Source: a virus
Lineage: Duplodnaviria; Caudoviricetes
Length of the DNA stretch: 59,673 nt
Virus record (IMG/VR): IMGVR_UViG_3300045141_000191
Span: 1-59,673 of that record
Reading direction: 5' to 3' (one strand)
The notes under the pieces were generated by a model that was not told the DNA's origin, did not search any database, and saw only the letters and a program-made list of their open reading frames with translations. Below are positions 41,618 to 50,754 of the stretch, piece by piece. How positions within the stretch are numbered: the first letter of the stretch is position 1; each line of letters starts with the position of its first letter. Made by a program: the position numbers and the translations under genes.

Positions 41618-43138
41618 TCATGGCTTCTTCCCGCATTTCGGAGTGATCGTCGCCGTGAGGATCGCGACAGGCGCGAGCGTCGCGGTCGCCACATCGGGCC
41701 GCAGGCTCCCGGTCGGACCGCTCGAGGCGATGCCAGCGCCGGGCGTCGTGTCGATGATCGAGGCGCTCATCGGCGGCGGAACCTCGCCCACGGCGCCCAC
41801 CGGGCACGACGGCGGCAGCGGAATGATGCAGAACGGCGGGAGCCCCGCGACGTCGACGTTCCCGGTGTCCGGCAGGACGAACACGGAGATCACGTAGCCG
41901 GCGGTCGGCTGGAGCCCCGCGACGTTCACCCGCCCGACGGTGGGGAGGGCGATGACCGGGCCGACGATCGTGTGGGCCGACGGGAGGCCCGCCACCGAGA
42001 CCGCGCCGGCGCTCGGCTGGGCGATCGCCCCCTGGCCGACGAAGTGGTCCGAGGGGAGGCCCGCGACGAGGACGGCCCCAGCGGTCGGGAGCACCCGCAG
42101 GGCGGCGACCGTCCCGGCAACCGGGGGGAGGCCCTGGACCGCCACGTCGGCCGCTGAGGGCCGCCCCGTGGCCGCCACGGCGGAGACCGGGGGAAGGCCC
42201 GCCACGTTGACCAGGCCAGCCCCAGGCACCGCCAGGGCGACCGTCCCCGCCCTCGGGGCGAGGCCAGCGACCGTGACCTGGCCGGCGTCCGGAGCGCCGC
42301 CGGTCGTGACCTGGGCGGAAGTCGGCAGTCCGGCGACCGAGACGGCCCCGAAGGTGACGACCGTGACGTTCCCGGCGACGGCGCTGGTTGGGAGGCCGTC
42401 AACCGAGACGAGGCCGAGCGGCTCCGCAACCGTCAGCGAAACCGAGTGGTCAGAGGCGAGGCCAGCGACCGAGAGGGCGCCCAGAGAGGCCACCGCCCCG
42501 GTGTTCCCGGTCGCCGCGGAGGCCGGGGCGAGCCCCTGGACCGTGACCTGGCCGACCGGAGGCGAGCTCGCGGCCGTCTCGCTGGCGGCCGGGTCGAGGC
42601 CCTGGACTGCCACGGCTCCGACCGGCGGGGAGGCCCCGACGTTCTTCGTGGCGGCCGAGGTCGGGATGAGGCCGTCGACCGCCACGGAACCCACGGTCGG
42701 AGCGGCGGAGAAACTCCTGCTCGCCGACGAGGAGGGCACAAGGCCGGCGACAGAAACCGCCCCGACCGTGGGCGAGGCCGTGAGGTTCGCGCTCGCGGAG
42801 GAGGCTGGGGCGAGGCCGTCGACCAGAACCTGCCCGAGAGAGGCCCCGACACCGCCTGAGGAGGAGGACGAGGAGGAGGGGGCATCGCCGGCAACCGCGA
42901 CCGTGCCGACCGTCGGGGAGGCCGTGAAGTTCGCGGTGGCGGCGGCGCTCGGGGCCAGGCCGACGATCGAGACGATGCCGAGGGTGAGGGCGGCGACGAC
43001 GCTGGAGGACGACGAGGGCGACTGGCCGGAGACGGCGACCGCGCCCGTCGAGGGCGCGGCGGCGGCGTTCTGGACGGTGACGCCGCCAGCCTCACCGCCC
43101 CACGGGAACGAACCCCATGCGCCGGAGCCCCAGCTCAC
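41618..43138 (-). CDS. Repetitive fibre-like protein (~18 GxVxVxGLxP repeats)
   Basis: ~21-25 aa period; N-terminal WGSGAWGSFPWGG. Confidence 0.7.
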   Translation of the reverse strand: MSWGSGAWGSFPWGGEAGGVTVQNAAAAPSTGAVAVSGQSPSSSSSVVAALTLGIVSIVGLAPSAAATANFTASPTVGTVAVAGDAPSSSSSSSGGVGASLGQVLVDGLAPASSASANLTASPTVGAVSVAGLVPSSSASRSFSAAPTVGSVAVDGLIPTSAATKNVGASPPVGAVAVQGLDPAASETAASSPPVGQVTVQGLAPASAATGNTGAVASLGALSVAGLASDHSVSLTVAEPLGLVSVDGLPTSAVAGNVTVVTFGAVSVAGLPTSAQVTTGGAPDAGQVTVAGLAPRAGTVALAVPGAGLVNVAGLPPVSAVAATGRPSAADVAVQGLPPVAGTVAALRVLPTAGAVLVAGLPSDHFVGQGAIAQPSAGAVSVAGLPSAHTIVGPVIALPTVGRVNVAGLQPTAGYVISVFVLPDTGNVDVAGLPPFCIIPLPPSCPVGAVGEVPPPMSASIIDTTPGAGIASSGPTGSLRPDVATATLAPVAILTATITPKCGKKP

Positions 43139-43139
43139 C

Positions 43140-45065
43140 TCATGGCCTCGAGGGGGTCGGCGTCCCGGCGGGGTAGACGGTCTGCTCGAGCCGGTCGATT
43201 CGCATGTGGTCCGTCAGAGTCGGCGTCTGCGTCGGGGTCGGCGTCGAGGACGGGATGGGCGTCGGGGGGATCGGCGTGCGTGTCGCCGTCGGGCGCGGCG
43301 TCGGTGTGGGCGTCGGCGGAACCGGCGTCGAGGTCGGCGTCGCGGTCGGGATCGGTGTGGGCGTCGGCGTCGGGAAGGGCGGCGGCTCTCCAGCCGAGCG
43401 GCGCACCACGAACGCGTTGAACTCCGGCCCCGTCTCACCCTTGCCCGAGGAGACTCCGACCGGCACGGAGGGCGAGAGGCCCTGTACCGGAACCGTTACC
43501 AGGCCGCCGGCCCACGTCCCGGTCGCGACGGCTGGTCCGAAGAAGTTCCATGCGTTCCTCACCTCGTAGGCGTCACCCACCGTGAAGAACGTCGAGAAGT
43601 CGAGCTGCACCGTCGCGGCGTGCGCCCAGTTGAAGACCGCGATGTTCGCGCGCCCCGGCTCGTAGTCGTTCTTCATCACGACCGAGACGACGCCGGTCGT
43701 CGGCTTCCAGTCGAGGAAGGTACCCGAGCCCTGCGGCGCGCTCGAGGGGCCGACGAACGTGTTTCCAGAGCCAGTGAACCCTGGCGACGTGTGAAAGACG
43801 AACGCCGCGTTCTGGCCCGCGAGGTAGTTCCCGGACGCAGAGCTGTTCGACGTGCCGCCAGCGCTCCCGAAGTCGACGCCGAACCCGTTAGCGCCGGGGT
43901 CGTAGGTCGCGCTGCCCGTGAGCGAACTGTTCGTGAGGACGCCGCCGGGGAACCCGAGCAGCACCTCCGTGAGCTGGCTGACGCCGTAGCGGCCCGCCAT
44001 CGAGCCGATGAAGCGGTCGAGCTGGACGTTCCCCAGCGTGTCGCCACCCGTGTACGCCTGGAACCCGATGTCGAATGCGTCGAGCGAGATCGATGAGACG
44101 ATCTTGGCGAAGCTGGAGGAGGGGTTGTCGTTGTGGATGTAGTAGTTGTGGCCGTGCGAGCGGTCCGACGCGCGCCAGCCCGCGAAGTACGAGATGCAGC
44201 CGTGGATCTCGAAGTCGTCCGCCGCCGCGTTCGCTGTGTCGATGCCGTCGCTGCCGTCGTGCACGATCGCGTTGATGAGCTTGTTCCCACGGCCACGGAT
44301 GTCCACGCCGAGCGGCGGGCGTCCGAAGGGATTCGATCCGGCGGTCGGGTTCGTCCTGTCCGGGAAGCGCGACGTGGAGACCGTCGTCTCGATCTCGCCG
44401 ACCCACGTGTACGAGCCGTCGATGACGAGGACGGAGCCAGACTCCGTGTAGACCGGCGTCCCCGACGAGTGCGGAGACGCGACCGTGCCGTTCCAGCCCC
44501 GATCGACTCCACCGTAGGAGCCCAGGCCCTGAACCCCGTCCGGCGCTTGCGGAGTCCCCTTCGTGTGCCCGTGCGCGCGGACCGTCTCGTTGTCGATGTT
44601 GAAGAGCGTCCCGTCCGGCACGTTCAGCTTCGGCGCTGCGAATACGTCCGTGGAGTCGTCCACGTCCTCGCGGAGCCTCCCGACGAGGTAGCCGTCGAGG
44701 ATCACGTGCTCGCGCTGGTAGGCCCGGACCTTGATCGGCGCGTCCGCCGTGCCGTTCATCTTCGACACCCAGAGGCCCTTGTACGTCCCGCCACGGATGT
44801 AGATGGTGTCCCCCGGCTTGACCTTCCCATTCCCGCCAGCGAGCGCCGTCGAGAGATCCCACGGGATCGCGAGCGAGCCGTCCCCGTTCGGGAGTCCATC
44901 CAGCGCCGCGTACCAGCTCGCGCCGGAAACCGCGAACTGCCGGGCCGCCGCCGGTGCGCGTCTCGCGCCAGGTTCGCTGCTCAGGGTCGCCGTAACCGTG
45001 AGGACGGTCGCCACCGTGGCGAGGTAGAGGGCGAGCCTGCGGGCGAACCGACGCGAGGAGCTCAT
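43140..45065 (-). CDS. Secreted right-handed beta-helix (pectate-lyase-like) protein with Pro/Thr tail
   Basis: RR-containing signal peptide; GDGSLAIPWDL..AL..VKPGDTIYIRGGTY; Asn-ladder repeats; PTPTPT linker. Confidence 0.75.
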   Translation of the reverse strand: MSSSRRFARRLALYLATVATVLTVTATLSSEPGARRAPAAARQFAVSGASWYAALDGLPNGDGSLAIPWDLSTALAGGNGKVKPGDTIYIRGGTYKGLWVSKMNGTADAPIKVRAYQREHVILDGYLVGRLREDVDDSTDVFAAPKLNVPDGTLFNIDNETVRAHGHTKGTPQAPDGVQGLGSYGGVDRGWNGTVASPHSSGTPVYTESGSVLVIDGSYTWVGEIETTVSTSRFPDRTNPTAGSNPFGRPPLGVDIRGRGNKLINAIVHDGSDGIDTANAAADDFEIHGCISYFAGWRASDRSHGHNYYIHNDNPSSSFAKIVSSISLDAFDIGFQAYTGGDTLGNVQLDRFIGSMAGRYGVSQLTEVLLGFPGGVLTNSSLTGSATYDPGANGFGVDFGSAGGTSNSSASGNYLAGQNAAFVFHTSPGFTGSGNTFVGPSSAPQGSGTFLDWKPTTGVVSVVMKNDYEPGRANIAVFNWAHAATVQLDFSTFFTVGDAYEVRNAWNFFGPAVATGTWAGGLVTVPVQGLSPSVPVGVSSGKGETGPEFNAFVVRRSAGEPPPFPTPTPTPIPTATPTSTPVPPTPTPTPRPTATRTPIPPTPIPSSTPTPTQTPTLTDHMRIDRLEQTVYPAGTPTPSRP

Positions 45066-45071
45066 CGGGGG

Positions 45072-45419
45072 TTACTCCTTCGCCTTCTTCGCGGCGGCCA
45101 GCTTGATCGGTTCCTCGAGGTCGCCCTCGAGGAGCAGCCAGACCTGGGCCGCGATCGAGGTCGAGTAGGCTTTCGCCGCGAGCGTCTTGATGAGCTCGAT
45201 CTCTTTGCTGTCGACGTTCAGGAGCCCGTCGGACTCGTGGATGCGCGTGGCCAGCTTCCAGCGCTTGAGCTTCTCATCGCCCGAGAGCGCCTGCTCGTCT
45301 TGGTACGAGCCGAGCACGGCGTTCGTCAGGAGCGAGCGGTACTCGAGCGGCTTGTTCTCCTGGTCCTGGAACTGCTCGCCGAGCAGGGTCATGGGGCCAC
45401 CGGCAATATTGATCTTCAA
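45072..45419 (-). CDS. Putative fibre assembly chaperone
   Basis: LSGDEKLKRWKLATRI...EIELIK; follows the fibre genes. Confidence 0.55.
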   Translation of the reverse strand: MKINIAGGPMTLLGEQFQDQENKPLEYRSLLTNAVLGSYQDEQALSGDEKLKRWKLATRIHESDGLLNVDSKEIELIKTLAAKAYSTSIAAQVWLLLEGDLEEPIKLAAAKKAKE

Positions 45420-45685
45420 GTCGTCTCCTTTTCTTTCGGCATCGGGGCGAGGAAGTCTTTCTTGATCGGGTCGTAGACATAGCCGACGCCGGCGTAGGTC
45501 GTCTGCCGCAGCGACGAGGGCGCCTTACTCGTCGGGATCCAGTTCGCGGGCTCACCGACGACGCCCGAGTCGATGAACGCCTGGTCGGCCACGATCACGC
45601 GCTTGACGACGAACGTCACCGGGTCGATCTCCGCGAAGCACGGGAGCGCCTCGAGGTCGTCGACGGGTTTCGTGAGGTCGCTCAC
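45416..45685 (-). CDS. Small fibre-associated chaperone-like protein
   Basis: GTGA overlap; FAEID..VKRVIVAD..W..TS..YAGVGYVYD..DF motif commonly found after Gly-rich adhesins. Confidence 0.6.
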   Translation of the reverse strand: MSDLTKPVDDLEALPCFAEIDPVTFVVKRVIVADQAFIDSGVVGEPANWIPTSKAPSSLRQTTYAGVGYVYDPIKKDFLAPMPKEKETT

Positions 45686-46488
45686 TGGAAGAGATACCTG
45701 ATGATGACGATGCCCGAGCCGCCAGCGCCGGGAGTTGCGCCGCCGCCGCCACCCGAGCCGGTCGTGTTCGATCCCCCCGTCGCTGGGGTATTCGTGCCGA
45801 GGTTGATCCACTGGCCCGCGCCGCCACCGCCAGATCCACCGCCCGGCGTCTGGTTGCTGTTCCCCGACGTGTCCGAGCGCCCGCCGCCGCCGCCCGCGTA
45901 AAAGACACTCGACCCCGTGTAGGCGTTTGAGATTCCAGGCCCACCGCGACCACCATCGTTCGGGAAGTTGACCGTCTGCGTGCCGGGGCCTGTCGCCCCG
46001 CCGCCGCCGCCGCCCGTGTTCGCGTTGCCGGCGGCACCCGAGCTCCCCTCCGCGCCGTTGAATGGAGCGCCGGGCGTCTGCCCGACCGTGCAGCCGCCGC
46101 CCGAGCCGCCAGCCTGGCCCGCGCCCGCAGCGCCGCCCGCGCCGCCCGGCTGGCCGAAGTAGCCGCCGCCGACAGACGTCAGGTTCCCGTTCGCGCTGGC
46201 CGCGCCGCCAGCCCCGATCGTGATCGTGACGCCTCCGCTCGGCGGCGAGACGTTGACCGGGTTCGTCACGCCGCCAGCGCCACCGCCGCCGAGGAGCCCG
46301 CCGCCAGCGCCGCCGCCTACCGAGAGAATGTCGATGGTGCGGCCCGGAGGGATGGCGGTGAAGTTGATCGTGCCGCTCGTTGTGAACGTGTGGACACGGA
46401 AATTCCCGCTCGTCGTGATCGTCCCACCCGTCGCGCTGATGAACGCGGCGGAAACAGGGGGATCGCTGAGGAGCTGCTGACTGCCCAT
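45682..46488 (-). CDS. Glycine-rich receptor-binding (adhesin-like) protein
   Basis: Start MGSQQLL at 46488; ATGGTIT..HTFTTSGT, VGGGAGGG, YAGGGGG, GGSGIVIIRY. Confidence 0.8.
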   Translation of the reverse strand: MGSQQLLSDPPVSAAFISATGGTITTSGNFRVHTFTTSGTINFTAIPPGRTIDILSVGGGAGGGLLGGGGAGGVTNPVNVSPPSGGVTITIGAGGAASANGNLTSVGGGYFGQPGGAGGAAGAGQAGGSGGGCTVGQTPGAPFNGAEGSSGAAGNANTGGGGGGATGPGTQTVNFPNDGGRGGPGISNAYTGSSVFYAGGGGGRSDTSGNSNQTPGGGSGGGGAGQWINLGTNTPATGGSNTTGSGGGGGATPGAGGSGIVIIRYLFQ

Positions 46489-48821
46489 CAGGTCACGCCT
46501 CCACCCGAGCAGACGAAGGTGTTTGAACCGACGCACAGGACGTTGGCCATCCCACGTTGGGCGAGCGTGCGGTTGCCGGTCGTGGCCGTGCCGCAGAGGT
46601 ACATCGTCACCGACGCGCCCTGTGTGATCGTGATGGCGCCTGCGGTGTTGTTGTAGATCGTGACGATGTCGCCAGCGCCGAAGACGGACGCCGGGACGGT
46701 GATACCCGCGCCGGCCGCGACGTGGCAGCCGCGATCCACAGCGGCCAGCGTGTAAGCGCTCGCCTGGACGTGCTGTGGTACCTGGAGCGCGTACGCCGCC
46801 GACGAGGCGAGCCCCAGGAAGTTCGGGGCCGTCACGTTGCCGCCGATCGTCACGGCGCCCGCCGTGTCGATCTTGAACCGCACGGCGGGAGCCGTCGCGT
46901 CGTAGATCGTGAAGCCGTTGTCGCCGATGCCGGGAGCCTGACCGATCTCCCATCGCCGGTTGCCAGTCTTGTAGGCCGTCGCGACGGCGACGCCCGTCGC
47001 CGCGCTCGACTCGATCAGGTTGTAGACGTTGGAGGCGCCGAAGGTGTGGAGTCTCTCTGCCGGCGTCGTCCCGACGCCGAGGTTGCCGGCATCGGTGAGG
47101 CGCATCTTCTCGACGGGACTCGTCGTCCCGATGAGTGCAGTGCGGAACACGATGTACGCGCCCTGCGCCGCCGACGTATAGGCTTCTGCCGCGACAAGGC
47201 GAACGTCGGCGGAGACGGACGAGAACGCCGCCGCGCTCGTGTAGCCGATGCCGGTGAACTGCGCCAGGACGTCGTTGGCGGCGACGGCGGTCCTGCTGGC
47301 CGCCGTGCCGTTGACGCGGCGTCCCGTGAACGCGTTCGCCGCGCCGTAGCTCGTGAGCTCGATTCTCCCGACGACTCCATCCGCGCCAGAGACCTCGAGG
47401 CCGGCACCTGAAGTCGGCGCCGCCGCGAGGGGGTTGCCGATGAGCAGGGTCTTGTTCGTGTTGTCCCACGCGAGCCCGCCGTCTGCAGCGATCGCCGTCG
47501 TGCTCGACCAGAACGCGAGCTGTGTCGCCGTGCCGGTGCCCGTGACGGTACCGCCGCCTCCGACCGCCGCCGTGGTCTGCGTCGTCCCGTCAGCGAACTT
47601 CACACCGCCACCGGAGCCCGCCTTGATCGTGACGGTGCCGTTGACCGTGAACGTGGGCGCGTTGAAGAGCACGTTCCCGGTGTCGCCCCGGATCTCCATG
47701 ATGGGCGCGAGATCGGACGAGTAGAGCTGCAGGACGTACGCGCTGTTCGTGCCGGAGACGCCGACGACGCCGAGGAACATGCCCTTCGCGACGGCGGCCG
47801 ACCCTGACCAGATCGACCCGTACCAGTTCAGGTATGGCGACGCCGAGTGGGCCGTGTTGCCGGTCGCCGTGCTCCCAGTCTGGATCGTCACGCCCGGAAC
47901 CGAGAGCGCCGTGCCGGTGCCGAGTTGCGAGTAGATCGTCGTGCCCGCTAGCGTCCCGGCCGCAGCCACGCCGCCCTGGACGAACATGTCGCCCGTCTCG
48001 CTCACGCGGAGGCGCTCGACCGGGGTGAGAGAGCCGGGCGGCGTCGTGTAGACGACAACGTAGGTCGCGGCGGTCGACGCCGTGTGGGTCTCGGCCGCGC
48101 AGATGCGGAGCTCTCCGCTCGCCGTGCCGAATGCGCCAGCCGAGTTGTAGCCCGCCGCCGCGACGCGGAGCAGGACATCGTCGAGGACGACGCCGGTCTT
48201 GGTCGCGGTCGTGCCGTTCGCCCTGCGCCCGGCGAAGATCGGTATGGCGGAGATGCTGTCGAGGAGAATCTGGGTGGCGACGCCGTCCGCCACGCCGACG
48301 TGGATGGCCGTCCCGCTGGGCGGAGCCGCCATGATGGCCGGACCCACGTTCAGCGGAGCGGTCGGGGTGCCGGTACCGACCCCGAGGCGCTTGTTCGTGT
48401 TGTCCCAGACGAACACGCCGGCGCTGCCCTGCGCCGTGCTCGAGGCCCAGAACGCGACCCGTCCGGCCACGCCGCCGGAGGCCGTGATGAAGGTGGCGTT
48501 CAGGTCCGAGACGAGCTTGGCGGTCGGCCCCGCCATGAGCTTGTAGACCTTGCCCGCCGTGTTGTGGGTGGCGGCGGTCGTCGCCTCCTGCGCGCGCGTG
48601 ACCGTGAGCGTGTCGCCCACGATGGCCGTGACGCGGATGATCTCGACGGTCGGATCATCGGCCGGGTCCGCGGCGTCCGTGAAGTTCCACCACGACGCGT
48701 TGAAGGGCACGGGGCCGAACCGTGCCCCCTGCCCCGCAGCGACCGCGATGGAGGTCGCGGCGGCGTCGTAGCCAGCCGCAAGCGCCGCCTTCGCAAAATT
48801 GACAGCGGCGTCCAGCGCCAT
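46488..48821 (-). CDS. Long tail fibre protein with internal duplication
   Basis: WDNTNK..., VERLRV/VEKMRL, GVKFADGTTQTTAA, GNLGVGTT fibre motifs. Confidence 0.8.
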   Translation of the reverse strand: MALDAAVNFAKAALAAGYDAAATSIAVAAGQGARFGPVPFNASWWNFTDAADPADDPTVEIIRVTAIVGDTLTVTRAQEATTAATHNTAGKVYKLMAGPTAKLVSDLNATFITASGGVAGRVAFWASSTAQGSAGVFVWDNTNKRLGVGTGTPTAPLNVGPAIMAAPPSGTAIHVGVADGVATQILLDSISAIPIFAGRRANGTTATKTGVVLDDVLLRVAAAGYNSAGAFGTASGELRICAAETHTASTAATYVVVYTTPPGSLTPVERLRVSETGDMFVQGGVAAAGTLAGTTIYSQLGTGTALSVPGVTIQTGSTATGNTAHSASPYLNWYGSIWSGSAAVAKGMFLGVVGVSGTNSAYVLQLYSSDLAPIMEIRGDTGNVLFNAPTFTVNGTVTIKAGSGGGVKFADGTTQTTAAVGGGGTVTGTGTATQLAFWSSTTAIAADGGLAWDNTNKTLLIGNPLAAAPTSGAGLEVSGADGVVGRIELTSYGAANAFTGRRVNGTAASRTAVAANDVLAQFTGIGYTSAAAFSSVSADVRLVAAEAYTSAAQGAYIVFRTALIGTTSPVEKMRLTDAGNLGVGTTPAERLHTFGASNVYNLIESSAATGVAVATAYKTGNRRWEIGQAPGIGDNGFTIYDATAPAVRFKIDTAGAVTIGGNVTAPNFLGLASSAAYALQVPQHVQASAYTLAAVDRGCHVAAGAGITVPASVFGAGDIVTIYNNTAGAITITQGASVTMYLCGTATTGNRTLAQRGMANVLCVGSNTFVCSGGGVT

Positions 48822-48822
48822 G

Positions 48823-49281
48823 CTACGCGACCGTGAACGTCAGGATGCCCGCCGCGTTGAACTGGATGACGAGGCTGCCGGCGACGGGAGAGAGCGGCGC
48901 GCCGAACGTGATGTACGCGATCAGCTGGCGCAGCGCGTCGCTGGCTGGCGTGCGGTCGTAGATCACGGCGTGTGAGGCCGTGAACGTGGCACCCGTCCAG
49001 GTGGGATCGAGCGACGAGTCGAGCGTCTCCACGTGGGCCGACTGCGTGAGCGTCTTGCCCGTCAGCAGGATGCCGTTCGTGGCGTAGCCGTTGCCGTTCG
49101 GCAGTTCGTTCGCGACCACGTCGGCCCAGAACTCATGCGTGTCCTGGTTCGGGACGTAGGCGTTGAGCAGCGCGATGTAGATGTTGTCGCTCAGCCAGTC
49201 CACGTTCGGCGTGTTGCCGGCGACGCCGCTGCCCAACGCGTTCGCGGGGAACCGCGAGTAAACCTTCAGGGTGTCGGCCAT
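48823..49281 (-). CDS. Conserved virion structural protein
   Basis: AAGGAG SD; DWLSDNIYIALL, ELPNGNGY, AVIYD, LIAYI, NAAGIL. Confidence 0.7.
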   Translation of the reverse strand: MADTLKVYSRFPANALGSGVAGNTPNVDWLSDNIYIALLNAYVPNQDTHEFWADVVANELPNGNGYATNGILLTGKTLTQSAHVETLDSSLDPTWTGATFTASHAVIYDRTPASDALRQLIAYITFGAPLSPVAGSLVIQFNAAGILTFTVA

Positions 49282-49291
49282 GAGTTCTCCT

Positions 49292-49627
49292 TTACGGCTC
49301 CGCCAGCTTCGTGCGTCGTTTTAGAAAGAGAAGTTCTGTCCGCAGCTCCTCGCACTGGATGGAGAGTTGCGTGACCTGTATTCGTAGTGATGCGACATCG
49401 AGGACGAGCCGCGCCTCGACCTCGCGCGCCGCGTCGACCGCAGCGACGGTCTGGAGCGCTCGCGTCTCGTACTCGATGGCGAAGCGGCGATCCGTCGCGC
49501 AGCTCTGCCCCGAGACGGCCAGGATCGCGAGAAGGACGCGCGCGAACTGCCGTGCGATCCGAGAACTCTCCCACGGCGGCAGCGCTGGCCGATTCGCTCG
49601 GATCACGTTGCCGCGTAGGGTTCTCAT
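49292..49627 (-). CDS. Hypothetical protein (hydrophobic segment plus coiled coil; possibly lysis-related)
   Basis: VLLAILAVSGQSC (lipobox-like) followed by heptads; atypical codon usage. Confidence 0.35.
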   Translation of the reverse strand: MRTLRGNVIRANRPALPPWESSRIARQFARVLLAILAVSGQSCATDRRFAIEYETRALQTVAAVDAAREVEARLVLDVASLRIQVTQLSIQCEELRTELLFLKRRTKLAEP

Positions 49628-49641
49628 CGGGCTCCCGGTTG

Positions 49642-49672
49642 AAAAAGGCCGGAGCCCGGAGAGGCCCCGGCC
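49642..49672 (-). terminator. Intrinsic terminator after the head operon
   Basis: GGCCGGGGCC-loop-GGCTCCGGCC-TTTTT on the minus strand. Confidence 0.75.
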
Positions 49673-49680
49673 CGGTTGCG

Positions 49681-49875
49681 TCAGAGCTTGTGCCCGCGGC
49701 GGCCCTTGTGCTCGGGTTCCTTGTCGTCGTCGGTCTCGCTCTCGGTCTTGGTCTCGGCCTCGGGCGGCGTGGTCGGGGTCCCGGTCGGCGGCTCCGGCGG
49801 AGCGGGCACCGGCTCAGCCGGCGGATCGTCCTCGCCGACCCAGCCCGCCTGGAGCTCGAAGTGTCTCGGTGACAT
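49681..49875 (-). CDS. Small Pro/acidic low-complexity protein
   Basis: AAGGAGG SD; MSPRHFELQAGW. Confidence 0.55.
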   Translation of the reverse strand: MSPRHFELQAGWVGEDDPPAEPVPAPPEPPTGTPTTPPEAETKTESETDDDKEPEHKGRRGHKL

Positions 49876-49910
49876 GGTCTGCCCTCCTTCCCTTCGTCGC
49901 TTCCGTCGGC

Positions 49911-50273
49911 TCAGATGAAGAGCTCGACCAGGGCGATCTTCGTGCTGGCGTCGAGCGCGAGGACGACGCCGGCCGTCGTGACGCCCGGCGCGGCGTCGAG
50001 GACACCAACGCCTCCCGCCGACGCCTTGATGGCCGTGCCCGCCACCGCGCTGCCGTCCGTGAGGACGCTGCAGATGCCGTCGCGGTGGTAGTCCACGTCG
50101 TCGCCAGCGGCGTACGTGGCCGGCGCGACGCCCTGCGGGCGACCCGCCGCGCACGGGATGAGCTTGCCGAGCGAGTCGCGCTGGACGAGGCAGCAGACGT
50201 TGATCGCGGCCGCGGCGACGCCGTGGAAGATCCGCGTTCCGCGGCTGTTGAAGGGGTTCGAGGAGTTGGCCAT
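49911..50273 (-). CDS. Capsid cement/decoration protein (DUF2190-like), copy 2
   Basis: MANSSNPFNSRGTRIFHGV...GVAP..AGDDV...GIC; downstream of the capsid gene. Confidence 0.7.
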   Translation of the reverse strand: MANSSNPFNSRGTRIFHGVAAAAINVCCLVQRDSLGKLIPCAAGRPQGVAPATYAAGDDVDYHRDGICSVLTDGSAVAGTAIKASAGGVGVLDAAPGVTTAGVVLALDASTKIALVELFI

Positions 50274-50323
50274 CAGCCTGTCCTTTCGGTATGGGAGCGG
50301 GCATCGCCCGCGCCCGTGGGTTG

Positions 50324-50689
50324 TTAGAAGTAGAGCTCGACCGTCGCCATGCCGCTCGGGACATCGATCCAGAGGACGACACCGGCCGTGGTGAAGCTGG
50401 GCGCGATGTCGACGCCGCCCTTCCCCCCGGAGATCGCCTTGATGTTCGCGCCCACCGTGGCACTGCCGTCGGTCTCGACAGTGCAGATGCCGAGGCGGTG
50501 GTAGTCCACATCGTCCCCAGCGACGTAGTTCGCGGGCGAGACGCCGCACGCGCGATTGCCAGCCGTACACGGCACGAGCTTCCCGGCGCCGTCCCGCATG
50601 ATGAGGCGCCCCACGGAGATCGCGGCCGCTGCGACCCCGTGATAGATCCGGGTGCCGCGCGAGTTGAACGGGTTGCTGGAGTTGGCCAT
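50324..50689 (-). CDS. Capsid cement/decoration protein (DUF2190-like), copy 1
   Basis: MANSSNPFNSRGTRIYHGV...; tandem paralogue of 49911-50273. Confidence 0.7.
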   Translation of the reverse strand: MANSSNPFNSRGTRIYHGVAAAAISVGRLIMRDGAGKLVPCTAGNRACGVSPANYVAGDDVDYHRLGICTVETDGSATVGANIKAISGGKGGVDIAPSFTTAGVVLWIDVPSGMATVELYF

Positions 50690-50709
50690 CGGCCTTCCTT
50701 TCACGCGAA

Positions 50710-50735
50710 GGGGGCGGAGGCATCACCTCCGCCCC
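50710..50735 (-). terminator. Hairpin after the major capsid gene
   Basis: GGGGCGGAGG-TGATG-CCTCCGCCCC, weak U tract. Confidence 0.5.
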
Positions 50736-50754
50736 GTGTTGAGGCGCTGGTGTC

